The position numbers were made by a program, and so were the translations under genes. Shown one piece after another: positions 44,932-50,764 of a stretch of 50,764 nucleotides of DNA. Numbering within the stretch: the first letter of the stretch is position 1; the number at the start of each line of letters is the position of its first letter. This stretch comes from a virus. Lineage: Duplodnaviria; Caudoviricetes. The stretch is taken from the IMG/VR virus record IMGVR_UViG_3300049982_000125, positions 1 to 50,764 of that record; one strand, 5' to 3'. The notes below the pieces were generated by a model that saw nothing but the letters and a program-made list of their open reading frames with translations, was not told the origin of the DNA and searched no databases.

Positions 44932-44955
44932 CGATCTGGGTCCGGTGGTGCAACG

Positions 44956-44987
44956 AAAAAGCCCGGCACCCGCGAGGGCGCCGGGCT
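44956..44987 (-). terminator. Terminator at the end of the late/lysis operon
   Basis: AGCCCGGCGCCC-TCGC-GGGTGCCGGGCT-TTTT at the convergence of the two arms. Confidence 0.8.
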
Positions 44988-45015
44988 GAAATCGATGCAT
45001 AATTGCGCGGTCGCG

Positions 45016-45240
45016 TCACACCGCCGGCAGCTTGCCCTTGACGAAAAACCCGGCGCAAATCCCGACCACAGCCACGCCGCCGCTGTAGAAACGCTGCCAC
45101 AACTCGACCTTACGCACGCGCACCTCAAGTCGGTCGATGCGGTCGCCGTTCTTCCGCAGTGAATCCAGCGACCCCTCGATGCGCCCGGTTGATCGCTGCA
45201 GGTCCGCCAATGCCGACCGGATGTCGGACAGGTCGGTCAT
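45016..45240 (-). CDS. Small coiled-coil + C-terminal TM lysis-cassette protein
   Basis: RIDRLEVRVRKVE coil followed by GVAVVGICAGFFV. Confidence 0.65.
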   Translation of the reverse strand: MTDLSDIRSALADLQRSTGRIEGSLDSLRKNGDRIDRLEVRVRKVELWQRFYSGGVAVVGICAGFFVKGKLPAV

Positions 45241-45632
45241 TTCCGCGACGTGAAGATGCGGGCAGCCTTCTCGAGCGAGCGGCCGCCGAAGTAGGCGAGG
45301 ATCACGTAGCCGGCCCAGGCCGAGACATCGCCGGTGAGCTTGTCGGTGGCGCCCCAGCCCAGAACCTTGTCCCAGACCACGACTTTCCACGTGAAGATGA
45401 TGAACGGCATCGCAAATAACGGGCGGATGCAGGCGGTGTACCAGCGGCCCTGCTCGGACCTGACGACTTCCGCGTTCAGCTCGCGCTGCCGCTGGTCGAC
45501 CGCCAGTTCGCGGGCCGCCAGATCGGCCGCAAGGCGGTCCTGCGTCTGCCCGGCCTCGAGTTTGGCCTTGTAGGCGCTGATCGCCCCGGAGACGATGGGG
45601 CCGCCGAGCCATGAGAGGATCATGCCGAGCAT
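45237..45632 (-). CDS. Putative holin (3TM-type)
   Basis: CIRPLFA...VVWDKVLG...VILAYFGGRSLEK. Confidence 0.7.
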   Translation of the reverse strand: MLGMILSWLGGPIVSGAISAYKAKLEAGQTQDRLAADLAARELAVDQRQRELNAEVVRSEQGRWYTACIRPLFAMPFIIFTWKVVVWDKVLGWGATDKLTGDVSAWAGYVILAYFGGRSLEKAARIFTSRK

Positions 45633-45636
45633 CGCG

Positions 45637-45861
45637 TCAGCCCGGCTTGAACGACGTTGAGCCGGTCGTGACCAGCCGCAGGCCGATCATCAACAGGCTC
45701 ATGATCGACGCGATGCGCCCGCCCCGCTCGACGCCGAACAGCGCCGACCAGTCGACGACCTTGAACTCGTCGATCAGCGCGAGGAGTTGCACGGCGTAAG
45801 CGACCGCGATGGTCTTCGAATTGCCGGCGACGGCCCAGAGCCACGCCTTGATCTTGTCCAT
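45637..45861 (-). CDS. Small membrane protein (holin/antiholin candidate)
   Basis: Two hydrophobic segments; GLRLVTT motif; downstream of the endolysin. Confidence 0.6.
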   Translation of the reverse strand: MDKIKAWLWAVAGNSKTIAVAYAVQLLALIDEFKVVDWSALFGVERGGRIASIMSLLMIGLRLVTTGSTSFKPG

Positions 45862-45863
45862 AG

Positions 45864-46454
45864 TCAGTGTCCTTTGCGGAAGTGGTAGACGACGGCGCCG
45901 ACGAGCAGGATGATGCCGATCATGATGGCGATCTCGCCCAAGCCGACGCCGGCCTGCTTCGCTGCGGCGGCGGTGCCGGCCGCAACGGTGCCCGTGGTGA
46001 CGGCGGTGGACCGTCCGGGGCTGGAGTACGGCGTCAGGAACTGTTGGCGCTCGCTGCGCCGGCGGCCCATGATCTCGGGCGGCTTGTCCCAGAGTAGGAA
46101 GCCGTCGGCCGCGCCCTTCCGGTCGCCCGCGTTGAGCTTGCGGACGGTGGTCGACCGCGCGAGGCCGCCCGGGCCGATGTTATAGCAAAACGACACCAGC
46201 GCATCGAACTCGTTGGGTGCGACGGGCACCTTCAGAACGTCGTTGACGGCCCGCTCATATTTGGCGAGGTCGCGCAAGAAAATCTCGTCGCACTCCTGCC
46301 GGGTGATGGTCATCCCCATTTCGACGCGCGGCTGGCCGGCCATAGACGTGTGGCCGATACCGATGGTCGGGATGCCCTTCGTGTCGAGATAGGCCTTCAG
46401 CCGCACGCCTTCGCGCTCGGTGAGGCGCTTGCGGCCTTCCGCGGACATCTTCAT
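45864..46454 (-). CDS. Endolysin, GH24 lysozyme with C-terminal hydrophobic tail
   Basis: EGVRLKAYLDTKGIPTIGIG (E-x8-D-x5-T), FDALVSFCYNIG, RRRSE. Confidence 0.92.
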   Translation of the reverse strand: MKMSAEGRKRLTEREGVRLKAYLDTKGIPTIGIGHTSMAGQPRVEMGMTITRQECDEIFLRDLAKYERAVNDVLKVPVAPNEFDALVSFCYNIGPGGLARSTTVRKLNAGDRKGAADGFLLWDKPPEIMGRRRSERQQFLTPYSSPGRSTAVTTGTVAAGTAAAAKQAGVGLGEIAIMIGIILLVGAVVYHFRKGH

Positions 46455-46456
46455 GG

Positions 46457-46834
46457 CTATGCTCCCCGCATGCAGGCGAGATACGCCCGGCGGTCCGCCG
46501 GCGTGGCCTTATATTGGCGGCCGGCCTCAGCCAGCTCGGCCGGGGTCTTGCCGGCCGCATACATGCGGACCACCCAGCACGGGTAGCCCCGCACGCCGGA
46601 CGACGCCGGCTCATTCGGTTTCACCGGCCGCGCCTTGGGCTTGTCGACCCGCCTCGGCGCCGGCTTCGGCTGAGCGCGTTTCACCGGTTTCGGCTCGACG
46701 CGCTTCGGCTTGGCGGCCGGCTTCGGGTCCGGCGCCGGCTTCGTGACCTTCACGGGCACGGGCGCCGGATCGGGCACGACGGGCCCGGAGCACGCGGCCA
46801 GCAGCAGGCCGAGCGCGAGGGTGGCGATGCGCAT
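46457..46834 (-). CDS. Pro/Lys-rich lipoprotein
   Basis: Lipobox LLLAA-C; (PK/PA) repeats; two further Cys near the C-terminus. Confidence 0.65.
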   Translation of the reverse strand: MRIATLALGLLLAACSGPVVPDPAPVPVKVTKPAPDPKPAAKPKRVEPKPVKRAQPKPAPRRVDKPKARPVKPNEPASSGVRGYPCWVVRMYAAGKTPAELAEAGRQYKATPADRRAYLACMRGA

Positions 46835-46944
46835 CACTTCCCCCAATTTGCGGTGAACATCGCGCGCGCGGACGCCGCGACGAGGCGCGCGAGCAGGAGT
46901 GGCGCGACGGCAAGCGCCGCCGCGGCGACAATGAACGCGGTCAT
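46834..46944 (-). CDS. Small hydrophobic peptide
   Basis: MTAFIVAAAALAVAPLLLARLV; TGATG coupling; SD AAGGA. Confidence 0.4.
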   Translation of the reverse strand: MTAFIVAAAALAVAPLLLARLVAASARAMFTANWGK

Positions 46945-46962
46945 GGGGGATCCTTCGGGCGG

Positions 46963-47238
46963 CTAAACGTCGATCGCTGCGGCGGCGGCGAACAGCCCAT
47001 CGATCTGCTGAGAGGTCAGCCCCAGGGCTGCGCCGAGCGCGACAACGGGGACCGCGTCGCGGCGCCAGGTCAGCGCGTCCGCGTACCAGATTTGGGTTTC
47101 ATCATCGGCAGCAGCGACCGCCTGCTCGACGCTTGCGAGCAGGTCGGCGCGGCGCAGGGCAACGCGCGCTTGCGCCTTGGTTACCGTCTGCGGGACCGTG
47201 CGCTGGACCAGCGCGGGGTCAATCGTGATGATCGGCAT
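46963..47238 (-). CDS. Tail fibre-associated/assembly protein
   Basis: VPQTVTKAQARVAL...LGLTSQQIDGLFAAA. Confidence 0.7.
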   Translation of the reverse strand: MPIITIDPALVQRTVPQTVTKAQARVALRRADLLASVEQAVAAADDETQIWYADALTWRRDAVPVVALGAALGLTSQQIDGLFAAAAAIDV

Positions 47239-47239
47239 C

Positions 47240-47500
47240 TTACGCCCCCGCTCCAGACAGTTCTGCCTGCTCGGCAAACCACGCTTCCGCGCCGATGCCG
47301 TGACCATGAGGATTCGAGAAATCCGCAGTCCATGCGTCGCGCTGGCTTCTGTCCGCAGGAAGGTCCGCGTCGGTGACGATCAGATACGGCAGTCCAGCGG
47401 GCACATCCTTGCGGGCCACTTCGGCTATCGGTAGGCCCCCAGTCGGCCGGACTAGACACAATCCTCCGTCGTCGCGCGGGTATATGATCAGTTGCGCCAT
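47240..47500 (-). CDS. Tail fibre assembly chaperone-like protein
   Basis: IIYP...ARKDVPAGLPYLIV...LPADRSQRDAW. Confidence 0.7.
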   Translation of the reverse strand: MAQLIIYPRDDGGLCLVRPTGGLPIAEVARKDVPAGLPYLIVTDADLPADRSQRDAWTADFSNPHGHGIGAEAWFAEQAELSGAGA

Positions 47501-47501
47501 G

Positions 47502-48890
47502 CTATTGATCTCCGTAGAAAACGGCAAAGTTGCCGTTTGTGTCGGCGTTAGCGGACGACACGGTATTGAACGCTTCCAGACGACATGCGCCGGCCAACTG
47601 AGACTGCACCGACAGCGCGACGCCCGCGCCGCTCCTGATGCAGGAAGTTGCGACCGCATAATTCGCGCTCGAAAACGGCACTGCGAAATTGACTGTCCAA
47701 TCCCCGGACGCGTTGTCGGTCAGGGACGAGACGTTGTAGCTCACAGCAATTGCGGCGCCGGCACCATCGAACTTGATCCAAGCCTTCGCCGCGCTCGGCG
47801 CGTATTTCGCCACGTCAGGGGTCACGGCCACGCCGCTGGTCGCCGCCTCCATCTGAGCTTGGGTGGCGCGCGGAAGGCTGACGAGCGTCTCCGCCCCGGC
47901 ATCGTCCTTCGAATAGATCAACCCGTCCGACTTCGCGTAGACCGCGACCCGTCCGGCGCTCGGCGTTGACGGCGCGGCGATCTCGGGAAGCGTCTCGAAA
48001 CCGGTGTGCGCAACCTCGCCGGTCGACTTGACGCGCAGGCGTTCCGCCGCCGCGGCGCCGGCCGCCATGGTCTTGATGACCAGATCGAAGTCCTCGGACG
48101 CGGCGGTCACGTCCGTGGTGACGGCCTCGATCGTCGCGCCGACCTCGTTGTTGCCGGCGGTGGTCTCCGCTTCCAGTTCGATGCCAACGCCGATGCCGGT
48201 CGCCGGCGTGCCCGACGTGGTGTGGCTGACCTTCAGCGCCGCCGTGACGCCGTTGGTCGTGGCATTGTCGACCGTGGCCGTGATCTTGGCGGCGAACACG
48301 GCCGCAATCGCCTGGCCGACGCGCAAGGGCGTCATCAGCACGTTGTTGAGCGTGCGCGCCTCGGCCTCCACCTGCGACGCGATCGCATAGGTTCCGTTCG
48401 GCGTGACGACTGAAGTGCTCTCGATCGCGGTCCCGGCGCCGTTCCACCTCAGGTATTCGCCCGCGATCGGGTCACCGATCGAAACCGACGACGAGGACGA
48501 CGTCTCCGCAAGCGAGATGACGCGACCGAACCGGCTCGCAATTCGCTGGATCAGCATCGTCAGCTTGTCCAGCGCGTTCTCGTGCGACGCGGCCGGGAAC
48601 TCGTCGCCGTCGCTGTAATCCGTCGTCTGCGTGATCGGCGGGTCGCGATAGATCACCACGGTGACGCCACTCGCCGGCGCCGTGACGAAGGTCACCGTCC
48701 CGCCGGCCGAGACCCCGGCGCCGGCCACGGTGTAATGCGTCGTCGGGGTCTGCAGCGTCTCGACGCCCGCGGCCGAGCGCAGGTAGACCTTCAGGTCCGT
48801 GGATACGAGGAAGTAATACGGGAACGAAAACGCCGTGGTCGACCCGTCGCCGTTGTAGCTGACGCGCGAGGTGGCGGAACTGACGGTCAT
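47502..48890 (-). CDS. Tail fibre protein (T7 gp17-like N-terminal anchor)
   Basis: YNGDGSTTAFSFPY...HENALDKLTM; C-terminal AKAWIKFDG...SYNVSSLTD...ANYAV. Confidence 0.88.
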   Translation of the reverse strand: MTVSSATSRVSYNGDGSTTAFSFPYYFLVSTDLKVYLRSAAGVETLQTPTTHYTVAGAGVSAGGTVTFVTAPASGVTVVIYRDPPITQTTDYSDGDEFPAASHENALDKLTMLIQRIASRFGRVISLAETSSSSSVSIGDPIAGEYLRWNGAGTAIESTSVVTPNGTYAIASQVEAEARTLNNVLMTPLRVGQAIAAVFAAKITATVDNATTNGVTAALKVSHTTSGTPATGIGVGIELEAETTAGNNEVGATIEAVTTDVTAASEDFDLVIKTMAAGAAAAERLRVKSTGEVAHTGFETLPEIAAPSTPSAGRVAVYAKSDGLIYSKDDAGAETLVSLPRATQAQMEAATSGVAVTPDVAKYAPSAAKAWIKFDGAGAAIAVSYNVSSLTDNASGDWTVNFAVPFSSANYAVATSCIRSGAGVALSVQSQLAGACRLEAFNTVSSANADTNGNFAVFYGDQ

Positions 48891-48908
48891 CCGGGGCTCC
48901 ACAAATGC

Positions 48909-48968
48909 AAAAAGCGCTCCGGTGGGAGCGCCTCGCTGGAATGAAAAAGGCCCGCGCGACGGCGGGCC
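48909..48968 (-). terminator. Two tandem intrinsic terminators upstream of the tail fibre gene
   Basis: GGCCCGC...GCGGGCC-TTTTT and GCGCTCC...GGAGCGC-TTTTT. Confidence 0.7.
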
Positions 48969-49078
48969 TCGGGTGTACGCTGGGCGGGTATGGTCCGCCT
49001 GACGATCTACGCTACGTGTCTATGGGCCGGCGCCGCGGTGGTCGGGTTGGTCGCCTACGGGCTGTGGCGGCTGGTCGG

Positions 49079-49282
49079 CTAGCAATCCCAGGTATGTCGG
49101 CCGGACCCGCACTGATTGGGGCCGGCCTCGCTGCCGGTGCTCCCCCAGCCGAACCACCAAACCAGAATGGCAAAGACCGGAATGCCGATCAGGTTCGCGA
49201 TGAACACCCACATCTCGATGCGGCGCCCGTTGACGGCTAGCCATGTGTAGAGGCGCTGGAGGTACAATTTCAGGGGCATCAC
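49079..49282 (-). CDS. Small membrane protein (moron-like)
   Basis: One TM helix VFIANLIGIPVFAILVWWFGW. Confidence 0.5.
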   Translation of the reverse strand: MMPLKLYLQRLYTWLAVNGRRIEMWVFIANLIGIPVFAILVWWFGWGSTGSEAGPNQCGSGRHTWDC

Positions 49283-49342
49283 GCAGCCTTACCGGTTGAG
49301 GCGCGCATGCCACCACAGCCCTGGATTCGGCGCAACCTGCCG

Positions 49343-50764
49343 CTATTGCTTCGGATCGTTCACCAGATAGCGGATCATCTGCCGCAATCCGGGGTACGAG
49401 TTGTAGGGCGTCAGGCGCTCAACTGCATTTTCCTGCGCGGCCGTGGCCGACTCACCGCCCAATAGCCGCTTCGGGATCCCGCCGGCGGTGATCGCGTCTT
49501 CCACCAGGCCGGCGCTCGGACCGAGGAACGAGCCGACCGATGTCCGATTCTGGAGCTTTTGCGACATGCCGTCGGTCCGGTCGAACGCCTTCATCGGAGA
49601 CTTGATCGGATTGAAGCCGGTCGCCTTTTCGAAGACGTTGGCGATTTCCATCGGAACGGCAAGGACACCGGAGCGGTCAAGTCCCTCCCCGATCCACCAG
49701 CCCGGGTTGTTGATGGCCTTCTCCTGTATCTCCGGCCGATTCCCGCTGAGCGCCTTCAGATAGGTGATCATCATGCCCATGGCGGTCATGGCGACCGTGC
49801 CGCCGACGAAGCGGGATTGATCCTCCTGAAGGCCGCGCAGCAGGATCTTTTGATGGCTGGCCAGCGAGAACGTCTTGAACTGCAGAAGCAGGCGCCCGGT
49901 CGGCGTTGCGGCGAACAGCGGCACATCCGCGACCGACTTCTGGACGATGATGCTGTCGACATCCTTGTTCATCGCGGCGCGATAGGCGCGCACCGCAACC
50001 GGATCGGTCCACGCCTCGGTGTTGGCGACCCGGACACCGTCCAGGGTCTCGCCGTGCTTTGCGAACTGTCCAGCGATGCGCTCGGCCATGGACTGGTCGA
50101 TGCCCAGGAACGCGAGGTAGGCTCGCTCCTTCTGCTTGATCGACCCGAACGCCTCGACCCCTTTCAGGATGCGGTTCTGGGTCAGTACCGACGAGAACGA
50201 CTTCATCGCGTCGGTCCAGATGCGGATGCCATTCCACTTGGAGGCGACGTTGGCTAAGTTTTCGAGCAACGCTTCGGTCGGGCCGCGCGACGAATACGGG
50301 TCCACGATCTCGGCAAGTGTACCGAGCCGGTGCGCCAGGACGCGCTCGAGCACGTTCCCGGCCAGTTGGGCCTCGGCGACCGACATCTTGACGGCCTTCA
50401 GGTTGGTGGCGAGTTGCGCCACCCCGCCCATATAGGCCGAGAGCCCGTGCACCATGGCCGGCCGCACCGCGTCGGTCAGCGATGCAAGCACCACCTCGCC
50501 CATTGAGCGGATATAGTTGACCAATTTCGCGATGCCGACGATCCTGCTGTAGCTGCGCTCGATCGGGCTTTCGTGCCGAGTGCCGCGCATCAGGTCGCGC
50601 AGTGCCTCGATGTCGCGGATGTCAGCCGTTTCCCGCTTGCCGAGGCGGGTCAATTCCTTCTCGTCGGTGACGCCCTGTCGCAGCCGGGCATAATCCTCGC
50701 GGATCCGGGCAATCGGCCCTTCCATATCAGCCGATCCGAACTTGTTGGTCAGTTCGACGTCGGC
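49343..50764 (-). CDS. Large internal virion protein, C-terminal part
   Basis: Frame is open to the window end (ADVELTNKFGSADMEGP...); motif LLLQFKTF; in frame with 1..2268. Confidence 0.8.
   Translation of the reverse strand, partial: ADVELTNKFGSADMEGPIARIREDYARLRQGVTDEKELTRLGKRETADIRDIEALRDLMRGTRHESPIERSYSRIVGIAKLVNYIRSMGEVVLASLTDAVRPAMVHGLSAYMGGVAQLATNLKAVKMSVAEAQLAGNVLERVLAHRLGTLAEIVDPYSSRGPTEALLENLANVASKWNGIRIWTDAMKSFSSVLTQNRILKGVEAFGSIKQKERAYLAFLGIDQSMAERIAGQFAKHGETLDGVRVANTEAWTDPVAVRAYRAAMNKDVDSIIVQKSVADVPLFAATPTGRLLLQFKTFSLASHQKILLRGLQEDQSRFVGGTVAMTAMGMMITYLKALSGNRPEIQEKAINNPGWWIGEGLDRSGVLAVPMEIANVFEKATGFNPIKSPMKAFDRTDGMSQKLQNRTSVGSFLGPSAGLVEDAITAGGIPKRLLGGESATAAQENAVERLTPYNSYPGLRQMIRYLVNDPKQ

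Larger units (their letters stand above)
43843..44948 (+). repeat. 29-bp direct repeat at two gene ends
   Basis: CCCGCCGCTTAACGA(C/T)C(C/T)GGGTCCGGTGG at 43843-43871 and 44920-44948. Confidence 0.8.

Noticed and set aside
45383-45398. Second parS-like sequence CTTTCCACGTGAAGAT
   Set aside because: Five mismatches and inside a coding region; likely chance
47502-48890. Possible diversity-generating retroelement, given the BPP-1-like virion module
   Set aside because: No reverse transcriptase ORF and no template/variable repeat pair differing at adenines was seen

Overview
The window looks like a complete or nearly complete ~50.8 kb circular genome of a temperate podovirus infecting a GC-rich alphaproteobacterium. 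The two window ends join in frame inside a large internal-virion gene, and the attP next to the integrase is uninterrupted. The minus strand carries a T7/BPP-1-like virion module: terminase, portal, scaffold, capsid, tail tubes A/B, ejection proteins, tail fibre and lysis genes. Control is lambda-like: a CI/Cro switch with visible operators, an early-right arm (GcrA, GapR/DUF2312, MTase, replication genes, Q-like gene, pR'/tR'-like late promoter) and an early-left arm (RecE-like nuclease, MTase, Sak4-like ATPase, Xis, tyrosine integrase, attP matching a tRNA-Glu 3' end). The most unusual elements are: (i) two tandem 'small base + large enzymatic fibre' gene pairs (SGNH esterase; GH16 glycanase) plus an antisense SAM-methyltransferase moron between the scaffold and capsid genes; (ii) a near-consensus parS site beside a short serine recombinase, with no phage parAB; (iii) a second, degenerate attP-like site resembling a tRNA-Leu 3' end, with the same core-to-IHF spacing as the first; (iv) a histone-like basic micro-protein; (v) direct repeats at gene junctions that suggest cassette shuffling. 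All functional calls come from motifs and synteny recognised by eye; no database searches were run.
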